Shown in pieces: positions 9,486 through 19,250 of a stretch of 64,000 nt of DNA. The translations under genes and the position numbers were made by a program. Positions within the stretch are counted from its first letter, which is position 1. Each line of letters opens with the position of its first letter. The notes below the pieces were generated by a model, which saw only the letters and a list, made by a program, of their open reading frames with translations, made no database searches and was not told the origin of the DNA. The stretch lies in the sequence record LR745206.1. One strand, written 5' to 3'.

Positions 9486-9641
9486 TTACAATGTGTCTGA
9501 AACTGTATCAACACTCACAGAGTCAGAGACAACAATAGTTACCTCCTCCACTACATCTACTTCCGTAGCTACCTCTTCTGTGTTAGAAGAACATGCTACC
9601 AATAAAGTCATTGTTACAAATAAGAATAAAATCCTTTTCAT
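9486..9641 (-). CDS. small acidic lipoprotein (51 aa)
   Basis: Hand-translated MKRILFLFVTMTLLVAC-SSNTEEV; lipobox; not in track. Confidence 0.75.
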   Translation of the reverse strand: MKRILFLFVTMTLLVACSSNTEEVATEVDVVEEVTIVVSDSVSVDTVSDTL

Positions 9642-9711
9642 TAAGTTTATAATTTTTTATCCGTTTACGGTTAGACTATATATGATAATATATATCGTTT
9701 GTTTGGTGAAT

Positions 9712-10029
9712 TTACTCAAGTATATCATCTATTTTTTGATCCCTCTTCTCTTGTCGGGTATCATTAGTAGCATATTCCCATTTATCTTTATATTCTAATA
9801 TAAATTGAATACCTTCTTCTTTTGTTTTAAACTTCAGCCCATATTCACTAACAGTCTTTGTGTTCATATCTTGACTATACGTACATATCTCACTGCTTAA
9901 TTTAGTACCATTATGTGATATTACAAAATATTCCCAATATACTTTGGTTGTGTTAAATATACCATATATTGACAAATCACTACCATGATCTTTTAATTTC
10001 GAAGTGTATAGTATTTTACTCTTTAACAT
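9712..10029 (-). CDS. hypothetical protein, C-tag
   Basis: Ends KRDQKIDDILE. Confidence 0.75.
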   Translation of the reverse strand: MLKSKILYTSKLKDHGSDLSIYGIFNTTKVYWEYFVISHNGTKLSSEICTYSQDMNTKTVSEYGLKFKTKEEGIQFILEYKDKWEYATNDTRQEKRDQKIDDILE

Positions 10030-10499
10030 ATTCCTAATTCTTTTAGTTTTTTATCTCTTCTTGTTTGTACATAATCAAAATAATCATCTATCATATGTAC
10101 TGTGTAATTGAAACCAGGTCGACCTTCTCTATTACCACCTTTATTTTTAACAGCACCTAAGGCATAAACATCATCATCTGATAATAAACAAAAGGTATTT
10201 GTTTGTCCATCAGAACATAAAATATTAGCAAAGGGTATATCTACTTTTTTAGCATATCTTTTATGAACTTCTTTCATATCTAAATAACCTGGTATGACCT
10301 CATGTAGTGTTTCTTGTGTGTAACCTTTTCGGATCCATTCGATTGATCCAGATATCATACTGGTATATTTCCAATAGTTCTCATAATCTGTGATAAATTC
10401 AGTGCTCCTATTTTCTATTTTAGATATAGTATATTCTTGACCAACAATAAGAATCTCTCCCCAATGTGCTGTCATTGATTTAATACATTTTAATACCAT
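10023..10499 (-). CDS. hypothetical protein, C-tag
   Basis: Ends RRDKKLKELGIC. Confidence 0.75.
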   Translation of the reverse strand: MVLKCIKSMTAHWGEILIVGQEYTISKIENRSTEFITDYENYWKYTSMISGSIEWIRKGYTQETLHEVIPGYLDMKEVHKRYAKKVDIPFANILCSDGQTNTFCLLSDDDVYALGAVKNKGGNREGRPGFNYTVHMIDDYFDYVQTRRDKKLKELGIC

Positions 10500-10500
10500 A

Positions 10501-10761
10501 TTATTTTTCTATCCAAGCCGCTGCTGTTTCAGTACCAGCAGTAACTTCTGTTAAACCTAAATCTTTTTGTATATATGGATTACAACCATTTTCTATAGCA
10601 TCCAATATTAAATTCGTGAATTTTGTTTGTGATACTTTTAATACCACTATGATACAATCCGGTGGTGTCTCACCTAGGTTTTTAACAGCGTGTGCTATTT
10701 GTGAAGCTACTTTCTGCTCAGACATTTTAAGATTGTGTGGGTATATCGCTTTTATTCTCAT
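10501..10761 (-). CDS. peptidyl-tRNA hydrolase type 2 (PTH2)-like
   Basis: LKMSEQKVASQIAHA, IVVLKV and DLGLTEVTAGTET match PTH2 motifs; start moved to MRIKA. Confidence 0.75.
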   Translation of the reverse strand: MRIKAIYPHNLKMSEQKVASQIAHAVKNLGETPPDCIIVVLKVSQTKFTNLILDAIENGCNPYIQKDLGLTEVTAGTETAAAWIEK

Positions 10762-10994
10762 ATTCCTAATTCTTTCAATTTTTGATCTCTTATAAAGGAT
10801 GGTGTGGTATTCTCCGCCCATTCCCCATTATAGTAAATATAGCCTCCTTTACCATCAGTGAGTGCTCCTTTGTGATTACTATTATAAATATACTCAGTTG
10901 GCATAAAATATAACTTACAATCTTTTTTACTCTTAGCGCAATTATAAGTTGTGATGGATCTTTCACATTCTTGTCCATCACTACCAGGCACCAT
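10758..10994 (-). CDS. hypothetical protein, C-tag
   Basis: Ends IRDQKLKELGI; frame open 24 more codons upstream. Confidence 0.65.
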   Translation of the reverse strand: MVPGSDGQECERSITTYNCAKSKKDCKLYFMPTEYIYNSNHKGALTDGKGGYIYYNGEWAENTTPSFIRDQKLKELGI

Positions 10995-11066
10995 TATACC
11001 TTCTTCGAATCCTAATTCTTTAGCCTTCTCTAAGAGTTCTTTTAGTGTTTCACCACCTCTTTTTTC

Positions 11067-11459
11067 TTAGTTTAGTTGATAAACAGCAATATCCTTCAAT
11101 ATACTTTGTAGTCTTGATTCCCTTTTATGTAAAGGTGATTTGAAAATTGATTCATGTGACCATTGAACTACTTGAGCAATTGATCCATATCCTATTTTCT
11201 GTGATTTGGTATATTTAGAAAATGGAATAGCGTTATATTTTTCACTGAAATTACCCCATTTATAACCATCAATATATTTATGATAACATGAATACTCTTT
11301 TGTTCTAAATTCCACTTTATCATCTATGTGTCTAACTAGTCGAAGATGTCCAATTTTTATAAATCCAAATATTTCCTTATCCATTATTAGGACACAAATA
11401 TTCAAATTATCATGAAACTCAAGTGATTTTATTTTATACCAAATAGGAAACCTAACCAT
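11067..11459 (-). CDS. hypothetical protein, C-tag
   Basis: KRESRLQSILKD; start moved to MVRFP. Confidence 0.65.
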   Translation of the reverse strand: MVRFPIWYKIKSLEFHDNLNICVLIMDKEIFGFIKIGHLRLVRHIDDKVEFRTKEYSCYHKYIDGYKWGNFSEKYNAIPFSKYTKSQKIGYGSIAQVVQWSHESIFKSPLHKRESRLQSILKDIAVYQLN

Positions 11460-11460
11460 A

Positions 11461-11757
11461 CTATATCCACCTAGATTTCCATTTAACATTTTTCTTAGCC
11501 ATCATATTCATTAAATCCTCATATGTTATTCCATACGTATCAATTAATGATATAACACACTGGATTGTATCAGCAGCTTCTTCACAAATTAAGTCTATAA
11601 CTTCTTCCTTAGAGGTTGTATTTACTTTTCGACCTATTGACTTGTTAACAGCTTGTGCTAACTCCCCTGACTCTTCAAACAGCTTACAGAGTCTTTCTGC
11701 CGGTCCTACTTGATCCAATTTATTGATTTCTTGAATCTCTTTGTATAATTCTTTCAT
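11461..11757 (-). CDS. mazG: MazG-like nucleotide pyrophosphohydrolase
   Basis: KLFEESGELAQAV ... EEAADTI acidic helix motifs. Confidence 0.85.
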   Translation of the reverse strand: MKELYKEIQEINKLDQVGPAERLCKLFEESGELAQAVNKSIGRKVNTTSKEEVIDLICEEAADTIQCVISLIDTYGITYEDLMNMMAKKNVKWKSRWI

Positions 11758-12239
11758 TATTTATTATTTATTAATATTATATAGATTTTTCTAGCGGCGT
11801 AATAAATGCTTTTTTGGTACTTTTGGTATGTATAATCTCTATCCAGTAAATTGAATAATCTTCCACTACCCATTGTTTCTGTTGTGGATGTTAAATAAGT
11901 TTGTCCTGTATAATCATCGGTTCTATAATCAGGTGTTATCTTTTCCTTAGAATCACTATCACCAACAATTTTAATATTAGTCCATTGACCATCACGATCT
12001 AACTTTATCAAAAATTCATATTCTGGTTTAAATTCCATTAGACGTTTTATTATATCTGACATATAATTCAAACCGATTAATCCAGAATCATTCCTTTCAA
12101 TAACGACAGTCATACCATTATAGTTTCTGATAACAGCAACTTCATAATCATCATTATCAGATAATTCAAAACATATGTCTTGTACATCATGATAATCCCC
12201 AATAGATTCAAATATTTTATAATGTATTATGTGTTCCAC
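11757..12239 (-). CDS. DIKDILLEL-family protein, N-tag variant
   Basis: HYKIFES; DVQDICFELSD; GTG start. Confidence 0.7.
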   Translation of the reverse strand: MEHIIHYKIFESIGDYHDVQDICFELSDNDDYEVAVIRNYNGMTVVIERNDSGLIGLNYMSDIIKRLMEFKPEYEFLIKLDRDGQWTNIKIVGDSDSKEKITPDYRTDDYTGQTYLTSTTETMGSGRLFNLLDRDYTYQKYQKSIYYAARKIYIILINNK

Positions 12240-12243
12240 AATA

Positions 12244-12666
12244 CTATATATTTAATATCTGTTCAATTTTTTTATCTCTTATCCACTTTAGGAGTGATGA
12301 TTTATTGAATTGATGGTTATTTATTTTATTAAAATGTTTCCATTCACCATTTATATCACAGTTATCAAAAGGTGATATTAATAAAATTTCACCACATGGA
12401 TTACTTGACTCAGTGACTTTTGTTTTTATTTTCTTATATCCATTCCATGTTGGTTTAATCATTTCAATAAGAATATAATCACCATTTACATATTGTGTTG
12501 GGGATATCCCATTACCATTTACTATTAAATGATCAGTAACTTTATTATCCTTATCCTTTTGATGAAACCTCATTGTGTTTATTTTATATGAAATTACTTC
12601 ATCAACAATAATTCTATCAGGATATTTCTGATTAATATACTCCTTGATAAGTTCTTTTGATATCAT
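12244..12666 (-). CDS. hypothetical protein, C-tag
   Basis: Ends IRDKKIEQILNI. Confidence 0.7.
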   Translation of the reverse strand: MISKELIKEYINQKYPDRIIVDEVISYKINTMRFHQKDKDNKVTDHLIVNGNGISPTQYVNGDYILIEMIKPTWNGYKKIKTKVTESSNPCGEILLISPFDNCDINGEWKHFNKINNHQFNKSSLLKWIRDKKIEQILNI

Positions 12667-13004
12667 TTCTTTTCTATAAAATCATTCATATTTTTCGGTA
12701 GCCGAAGTCTATTCTTATTACTACCAAATATAGAGACATAATAACAATCACTATAAAAAATAGTATTATTTCTAGCAACCATCAATTGTAAATCATTTAA
12801 AGCCTCTTTAGTTGGCTCATCATCCACCCATTTAGATTCTAAATAATTACCAGATGATATATTATAGAATTTAATCTCATACTTTGGTTTTGAATCGGGA
12901 AATGCTTTTTCTAATAAATCAAGTATCCTATCAAAGGCATCATAATTATTAGTTTCTTTTTCCGTAATTTCAATAATGCGTTTTGCAACTTTTCTCTTAT
13001 CCAT
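12663..13004 (-). CDS. hypothetical protein
   Basis: 113-aa ORF in coupled operon. Confidence 0.65.
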   Translation of the reverse strand: MDKRKVAKRIIEITEKETNNYDAFDRILDLLEKAFPDSKPKYEIKFYNISSGNYLESKWVDDEPTKEALNDLQLMVARNNTIFYSDCYYVSIFGSNKNRLRLPKNMNDFIEKK

Positions 13005-13010
13005 ATTAGT

Positions 13011-13232
13011 TTACCATAATTTAAAATAATCAAATATATTTGGTTTCATGTTTTTATCAAGTTGAAGAGTAACTCCGAATCTATCATCATAATCTTCATC
13101 TGATATCTTTATATCAACATCACTTATTTTTATAATTCTATATTTAGCACCTGGTCTAAACAATGTTCCAAATTGTCTTGTACATGTAAGTTTATTACCA
13201 ACTACTAGTTTATCACTTTTTATTAAAATCAT
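13011..13232 (-). CDS. 73-aa paralog family member 1
   Basis: Aligns by eye with 33906..34127 and 34121..34342. Confidence 0.75.
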   Translation of the reverse strand: MILIKSDKLVVGNKLTCTRQFGTLFRPGAKYRIIKISDVDIKISDEDYDDRFGVTLQLDKNMKPNIFDYFKLW

Positions 13233-13381
13233 CCTTTTCTTTTAAATAATATTGATAGTGGAATACATATTAAAGCCATTACCAACATTACAATAGATTG
13301 TGCTTGATATCCTAATGATAGGTAAGTAAATGATACGCCTAATGAGAAGGCTAATACATAATTAAAAATTGAGTCTTTCAT
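13229..13381 (-). CDS. small membrane protein (50 aa)
   Basis: Hand-translated MKDSIFNYVLAFSLG...FKRKG*; two hydrophobic stretches. Confidence 0.6.
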   Translation of the reverse strand: MKDSIFNYVLAFSLGVSFTYLSLGYQAQSIVMLVMALICIPLSILFKRKG

Positions 13382-13383
13382 AG

Positions 13384-13644
13384 TTATTCCATATAAGGTT
13401 TAGATATTATCCAAGATTTATCTATCTGATATCCAGCTTTATTCAAATGGTATGAAGATTCTAATAGTGAGGTTGATAATTTTTGTCTTCCCCTTTTTAG
13501 ATCCTTGAAGCCATCAGACTTAATCTTTTGTGATAGATTGAATAGAAACTTGGCCAATTCTTCATAGTGTAAATCACCAATATCATTAGCCAAGTCTTCC
13601 ATATTATTATATCCTGGTATAGTTCTTTTGTGTTTTTCTTCCAA
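13384..13644 (-). CDS. hypothetical protein
   Basis: 86-aa helical ORF. Confidence 0.7.
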   Translation of the reverse strand: MEEKHKRTIPGYNNMEDLANDIGDLHYEELAKFLFNLSQKIKSDGFKDLKRGRQKLSTSLLESSYHLNKAGYQIDKSWIISKPYME

Positions 13645-13659
13645 TTTATTATATTTTTC

Positions 13660-14331
13660 TTAGTTAATATATTTACTAGCTATTTCCAGTATCTTCTCAA
13701 CCTTAACCAAATCAAATTCATCATTTGTTCTGGCACCACTTTCCAAATCAATCCATACCTCACTTGAATCACCGTGATTGGATATCATCTGACATATTCT
13801 ATCAGTGTTATCTGGATTTAATCCACCAGCATAACCAGTGTATAACCCTTTTACAGTTGGCTCAATAGATTGAATCTCTGTTCCTCTACCACCACTAGCA
13901 TCATATAATATGTGGAAGTTGTTTGGTATATCAGCGTTCTCAATGATATCAGCATTTGATTTGTTATATTGTAATATAACATTGATTGGTAATTCTGTGC
14001 TTAATAGTCTACCTAAATCCCAACCCTTTGAGTTTTTAAAATTGTAGTTTAGTTGAACTCGGTTGAATCCATTAAGATTTTTAATTAGGTCATAGTTGGC
14101 ATTTTCCAATACTTGTCTTGGATACCACCCACAGAAGTGAGCTGATAATGACAAATTGAATTTAGTTACTTCATGTATCCATTGACTTGATGGATATCTT
14201 TGAGATCCTTCTCTACCATTCGAGAAAAGAATACCCCATTCGACAAATGGATATTTGTTACTTAATCGAATTAGATCTTCGATTTTAGTATTATCATCTG
14301 CTCCTGTTATTGTTACTTTATTAATTTTCAT
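13660..14331 (-). CDS. TIM-barrel protein, TrpF/PRA-isomerase-like
   Basis: LYDASGGRG, GYAGGLNPDN and WIDLESG resemble the TrpF C-terminal half. Confidence 0.55.
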   Translation of the reverse strand: MKINKVTITGADDNTKIEDLIRLSNKYPFVEWGILFSNGREGSQRYPSSQWIHEVTKFNLSLSAHFCGWYPRQVLENANYDLIKNLNGFNRVQLNYNFKNSKGWDLGRLLSTELPINVILQYNKSNADIIENADIPNNFHILYDASGGRGTEIQSIEPTVKGLYTGYAGGLNPDNTDRICQMISNHGDSSEVWIDLESGARTNDEFDLVKVEKILEIASKYIN

Positions 14332-14707
14332 TTAAAATATTTTTTAATTTTTCATCCCTTATAAATTGTGGGATCATTTCTATGTGTTCTTTTAGTTCCA
14401 TCATCATACTATTTTCTCTGTCCCATATACTTCCGGTTAATGGAAATTTTTTGAAACAAGGATTTATATACATCCGATTATTAGAGATACCAACTGTATT
14501 GCTCCATGAATCACTTCTTATATAAGTTTTGTTATCAGTTGTTGAGTAGGATGGTGTTTGTATTAAAATCGTTTCACCATTATCTACTTCACTTACTTTA
14601 ACCTCTTCCGATTTTATATCACTATTGTATAAAAAATCAACAATATATTTTATACCTTGTTCCCTAACAAGCTTAATTAGATTTTTATCGGTAATATCAA
14701 CTGACAT
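14321..14707 (-). CDS. hypothetical protein, C-tag
   Basis: IRDEKLKNILNEN. Confidence 0.7.
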   Translation of the reverse strand: MSVDITDKNLIKLVREQGIKYIVDFLYNSDIKSEEVKVSEVDNGETILIQTPSYSTTDNKTYIRSDSWSNTVGISNNRMYINPCFKKFPLTGSIWDRENSMMMELKEHIEMIPQFIRDEKLKNILNEN

Positions 14708-15026
14708 CTTTTAATATTTCATTTAAAATTCGTTCTCTCTTTTCTGATACTAAGTTACTAAATAATTCACCTGGTGATTTGGAAAATATTTCCTCAGCGA
14801 CATCATCACTTATACTTATATTACACCTCTTTTCAATATTCATTATAAATTCAACCTGATCTAAATCATCCATTATATCCACCCATTCTTGCCTACTTAC
14901 CCATTTTATGTAATCTCCTATTGTTGATATATCTGATGGTATATCAATAACATCAATCATAGATTTAGCAATGGATTCTATATCAAGTGTTTTATATAAC
15001 TGTTTAATATCTTTAATTATAACCAT
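14697..15026 (-). CDS. acyl-carrier-protein-like protein lacking the Ppant serine, C-tag
   Basis: MDDLDQVEFIMNIEKRCNISISDDVAEEI vs ACP DSLDxVELxMxxE..I.D..AE.I. Confidence 0.65.
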   Translation of the reverse strand: MVIIKDIKQLYKTLDIESIAKSMIDVIDIPSDISTIGDYIKWVSRQEWVDIMDDLDQVEFIMNIEKRCNISISDDVAEEIFSKSPGELFSNLVSEKRERILNEILKDVS

Positions 15027-15064
15027 TTAAATACATTTTAACAAATATACGGAAATTATATAAC

Positions 15065-15094
15065 AAAAAAAAGGTTCATTAAAAAAATGAACCT
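15065..15094. terminator. intrinsic terminator
   Basis: AGGTTCATT/AATGAACCT stem with flanking A-tract (U-tract on minus strand). Confidence 0.7.
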
Positions 15095-15114
15095 CCTTAA
15101 TAACTTACTTAATA

Positions 15115-17613
15115 TTATTTTAATACAGTAACATGACCATGATGTTTATGTTTCCTATCTGACATAGTTTCTTTGAACTCAATTTGCCATACATAGACAC
15201 CAGACTCAGTAGTTTTACTACCATACGTACCATCCCATGATTTAGAAGCATCATATGATTCGAAAACGATTTCACCCCATCTATTAAATATGGTCATATG
15301 AAAGTCATAAGGATCATATCCAGAATAGAATACTGGTTGAAAAACATCATTCAACTCATCACCATCTGGTGTAAATGAATTCGGTACATAGAAAGTGATA
15401 ACATCATTAACGATTATTAGTTTAGATGTTTCATCTTGACAACCCAAATCATTCTCAACAGTTAAGGTAACAATATAGTTTACATTAGGTACGTCAGGAA
15501 ATAGATGTGATGGGTCTTCAATATTTGATACCGGACTTCCATCGCCAAAATTCCAACTTGATGTTGTTGAATTAAATGAAGTATTGTCAAATAAAATCAT
15601 TGGATCATCAATAGTAGCGTTACCACTAAACCCAAAGGATGCAATAGGAGTGGATATAACTTCAATATAATCTGTGTATGTAACTGTTCCTTGACATCCA
15701 CCTGGTAGTGTGACAGTTAGTGTAACATCATATGTTCCTTCTTGGTTATAGGTATTGGTTACAACACCACAACCAGTTCCAGTATTTCCATTTCCAAAAT
15801 TCCAATCACAAGATGAACCAGGAAATGGTGTTGTTAAGTTTGTAAACTGAACCGTGAATGGATCACATCCAATAAGTGTATCTGCTAAAAATACAACTGA
15901 TGGATTTGTAATTACTTCAATATCCACCATATCAGTATTCTGACATCCATTAGCATCTGTACCTATTACTGTGTAAGTGGTTGTGACTCCAACGGGTGGT
16001 GTGAATGGATTACCATCAATAACTCCACCATCCCAAACGTAACTTGTACCACCAGAACCATTAAGAGTAGTAATAACTCCTTGACAAAGTGTTTGATCAG
16101 GTCCTGCCCCGATTACCGGAATTGGATTAACTGTTACATACATATTATCTGTTGAGATACATCCAAGTAAATCTGCGGTTACTGTATAAGTTGATGATGA
16201 TACCAAGAAAGGTGTTCCGTCAATAACTCCACCATCCCATGATATAACAGCACCATCTGGATTATTTGCTATTAGTGTGACCAAGTCACCATCACATATA
16301 GTTACATCAACACCAGCTCCAATTATTGGATAAGGATTTGATGTAACATCTACAACATCAGTTGAAATACACCCAAGTAAATCTGCTGTTACGGTATAGG
16401 TAGTAGTTGTTCCTGTTGGTGGAATAAATGATATTCCATCGGTAACTCCACCAGTCCAAACTAATGTAGCACCATCTGGATTAATAGCCGTTAATGTTAC
16501 GTTTGATCCATCACATACTGTTTGGTCAACTCCAGCATCTATTACTGGTATAGGATTTACAGTTATACAAATTGTATCTGAGTAAGCTATAGTTCCACAA
16601 CTACTAACTTCTGCTCTATAACAAACATCAGAACTTAGTGAACCAGTAGTCCAAGTATCTAATACTTCACCAACAACTGTTACAAAAGGTCCAGCTGATG
16701 TAGGTGCACTTTCCCATTGGATAGTTCCAAAATATCCTACTAGAGTAATATCAGTTGTTTCACCATCACATATTGTTGTTGGTATAGCACTTGCGATTCC
16801 TCCAATTGGAGCAGTAGGTGTATATGTTATTGAAGAATATCCATTTCCGGTATTAGCTCCTGGTGTACAAACACCACCTGGGTTTAGTGAAGAGCCTCCA
16901 CCTCCGCCACCGCCGCCATTAGCGCCTGTGCAACATCCATCATTACCTCCGCCTCCACCGCCGAAGTAACCACCTCCGCCTCCACCACCGGAAGCAGTTT
17001 GCCATTGTCCACCCATCCCACCTTGTCCAGATGTGCCGGGTTGTCCACCGGGTGGTGTCCCTGCCCAAGGTGCACCTCCAGCTCCACCAGCTACTTGTGT
17101 TCCTGGTCCACCTCCAGCACCATATGTACTAACACCAGCAGTTCCGATTAGACATCCACCATTTCCACCACCGTTAAAAACATCTGAACCTCCACCACAT
17201 CCTCCGCCACCAGATGCAACTGCGGTCAAAACACCATTAACAAGTATATTTGTTGAACCTCCTCCACCACATGACCCGTAGTTTGGATTTCCATCACTTG
17301 AATTAAACCCAGTTCCTCCACCGTTATATCCTGGTGTAGGACATCCACCTTGACCACCAACTATAATTTCAATTATATCTCCTGGGAGAACTGGAATAGT
17401 AGCAGTTATTATAGCACCGTCTCCACCATTAGATCCACCAACCCCACCGCCTTCGGCACCAGCAATAACTATATCAAGTGATGTAACACATGGTGGTACA
17501 ACCCAAATTGATGGAGCTCCTGTATATGAAAAATTCACAACTGTTTGTGAATATGGTATAAATGATAGGAAGGTTATAAATAGAAAGGATAATATTTTCT
17601 TTGATAGTTTCAT
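15115..17613 (-). CDS. Gly-rich/PKD protein with T9SS type B (gliding-motility-associated) C-terminal domain
   Basis: Signal peptide; GGxGG-rich domain; WNFGDG PKD motifs; YVPNSFTPDGDELND..IFNRWGE..GVYVW. Confidence 0.9.
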   Translation of the reverse strand: MKLSKKILSFLFITFLSFIPYSQTVVNFSYTGAPSIWVVPPCVTSLDIVIAGAEGGGVGGSNGGDGAIITATIPVLPGDIIEIIVGGQGGCPTPGYNGGGTGFNSSDGNPNYGSCGGGGSTNILVNGVLTAVASGGGGCGGGSDVFNGGGNGGCLIGTAGVSTYGAGGGPGTQVAGGAGGAPWAGTPPGGQPGTSGQGGMGGQWQTASGGGGGGGYFGGGGGGNDGCCTGANGGGGGGGGSSLNPGGVCTPGANTGNGYSSITYTPTAPIGGIASAIPTTICDGETTDITLVGYFGTIQWESAPTSAGPFVTVVGEVLDTWTTGSLSSDVCYRAEVSSCGTIAYSDTICITVNPIPVIDAGVDQTVCDGSNVTLTAINPDGATLVWTGGVTDGISFIPPTGTTTTYTVTADLLGCISTDVVDVTSNPYPIIGAGVDVTICDGDLVTLIANNPDGAVISWDGGVIDGTPFLVSSSTYTVTADLLGCISTDNMYVTVNPIPVIGAGPDQTLCQGVITTLNGSGGTSYVWDGGVIDGNPFTPPVGVTTTYTVIGTDANGCQNTDMVDIEVITNPSVVFLADTLIGCDPFTVQFTNLTTPFPGSSCDWNFGNGNTGTGCGVVTNTYNQEGTYDVTLTVTLPGGCQGTVTYTDYIEVISTPIASFGFSGNATIDDPMILFDNTSFNSTTSSWNFGDGSPVSNIEDPSHLFPDVPNVNYIVTLTVENDLGCQDETSKLIIVNDVITFYVPNSFTPDGDELNDVFQPVFYSGYDPYDFHMTIFNRWGEIVFESYDASKSWDGTYGSKTTESGVYVWQIEFKETMSDRKHKHHGHVTVLK

Positions 17614-17925
17614 TTTTTATTTTTTATTTGTTTTTGTTTACCTACTCTGTTAGGGATTTTCAGTTATCTCCCACTAAAATCTTTTTTATCCCCATAGAAA
17701 TATGGAGGTTAAGATTTAGTAAATTAAAAAAGGTGATATAAAATTATTTATTCATGCGTTGAATGATATATATATTACGATGGAAATATTTAAAAGGTAG
17801 CTTTTTTGACGAAAAATCAAAAAAAATTTTACCGTCTTCGACAGGTCTCAAAAAATTTTTAAACTCAGACATCAGAAATAATCACACAAATTAGAATACA
17901 AATAAATATAAATAATATATAGATA

Positions 17926-18765
17926 ATGAAATATCTAAAGCAATATGAAGAGCTTAAAAAGTTCAAGCTTAAAAATCCATTTAAGAAGAGTAAGGAGGAA
18001 AAAGATCATAGTATATCAAAAGAAGATATTTCTAAATTCAAACATCCTGATATCGAGAATATTGATGATGGTAATATAACTTTCAAAAAGTCATTAATTG
18101 ATAAAATAATAAAACTAGATAAAAGACTGAGTGGTTTACGAGCTATTATTTATACAAGTGATGAGTCTGGTGAATTTCCAAAAGGTATTTCTATATGTTT
18201 CATTTTTGATTTGATTGGTAATGACTATTCAAATTTAAATTTTGGTAGAGATGTCAGATCCCGTACTATGGTTAGATCAAAAGTTATGAATTCTGATGTT
18301 TGGGAGGTTATGAAATATGTTTACCTACCGTATATTAACAAAAGGACAGATGAAGTGGTCAATTTAGAAAAGATATCATCATTTTTTGATGATATTTTAC
18401 AAATATCCAGAACTTGGTCATTATCTAGTGCTCTAGATGAATCTACTAAGAGGTATAATAGAAATATAAAAACAGAATTAATACAATCACATATTAGTGA
18501 GATAGAGGATTATTTTTTGGATTTAATTGATTTGAGTTATTCACATCATATTATGAAAAATCAAGCTGATGGTATAACATTAATATTCGATATCGAGAAA
18601 ATATATGTGGATAGTTTAGGTGATAGAACTTTTAGATTGGATGGTGTTATGTCAAAAGTTATGGATCATTTATTGGAGATAGAGGATAGAGTATCGAGTT
18701 TAATACCTAAAGCTGAATTTTTAGTTGATATAAAAAGTAATAAAGTTAGTATTTATATAAAATAG
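17926..18765 (+). CDS. hypothetical protein, N-tag
   Basis: MKYLKQYEE; TAATATATA at 17913-17921. Confidence 0.8.
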   Translation: MKYLKQYEELKKFKLKNPFKKSKEEKDHSISKEDISKFKHPDIENIDDGNITFKKSLIDKIIKLDKRLSGLRAIIYTSDESGEFPKGISICFIFDLIGNDYSNLNFGRDVRSRTMVRSKVMNSDVWEVMKYVYLPYINKRTDEVVNLEKISSFFDDILQISRTWSLSSALDESTKRYNRNIKTELIQSHISEIEDYFLDLIDLSYSHHIMKNQADGITLIFDIEKIYVDSLGDRTFRLDGVMSKVMDHLLEIEDRVSSLIPKAEFLVDIKSNKVSIYIK

Positions 18766-18782
18766 TTTAGAATATATAGTTT

Positions 18783-19250
18783 ATGAAATACGTTGAATTA
18801 TTTGAAAATTTCAAGAAGAGTAAAAAGAGTAAAAAGGTTAATGAGTTATCAGGAATTGTTTTGATTGTTGATAATAGAATATTAATGGTTAAAGCTACTA
18901 AATACTCTGATTATGATGATAGATGGTCAATTCCAAAAGGTCATATAGAGGGAAATTCACTAGATTCTGCTATAAAAGAGCTATATGAGGAGTCTGGGAT
19001 AAAAATAGATACAAATTATGATGTTATGTTTGATATCCAGTATGTGAAGTCTGGTGTTATTAAAATAATGGATGTTTATGTATATCACCGAGATAGAAGT
19101 GAATTTGAGAATTATTTGGATGGTTGGGAGATATCTAGTGATTTTTTACATGAAGAAGAGATAACAGAAGCTGAATTTTTCACACCAAGCGAAGCTATAC
19201 AAAGAATAGATATATCAATGATAGATATATTGGATATAGTTGAATTCTAA
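18783..19250 (+). CDS. NUDIX hydrolase, N-tag
   Basis: MKYVELFENF; Nudix box PKGHIEGNSLDSAIKELYEESG. Confidence 0.85.
   Translation: MKYVELFENFKKSKKSKKVNELSGIVLIVDNRILMVKATKYSDYDDRWSIPKGHIEGNSLDSAIKELYEESGIKIDTNYDVMFDIQYVKSGVIKIMDVYVYHRDRSEFENYLDGWEISSDFLHEEEITEAEFFTPSEAIQRIDISMIDILDIVEF

Noticed and set aside
12370-12410. SSNPCGEILL resembling the ribonucleotide-reductase NPCGE motif
   Set aside because: Short match in a 140-aa ORF with no other RNR features.
16860-17470. GC-rich CCACC/CCTCC stretch as a repeat array or CRISPR
   Set aside because: Explained by Gly codons of the minus-strand T9SS protein; no repeat-spacer periodicity and no cas genes anywhere in the window.
17780-17900. 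A-tract-rich gap as a replication origin
   Set aside because: No iterons or DnaA boxes discernible; A/T runs are expected at this composition between divergent promoters.
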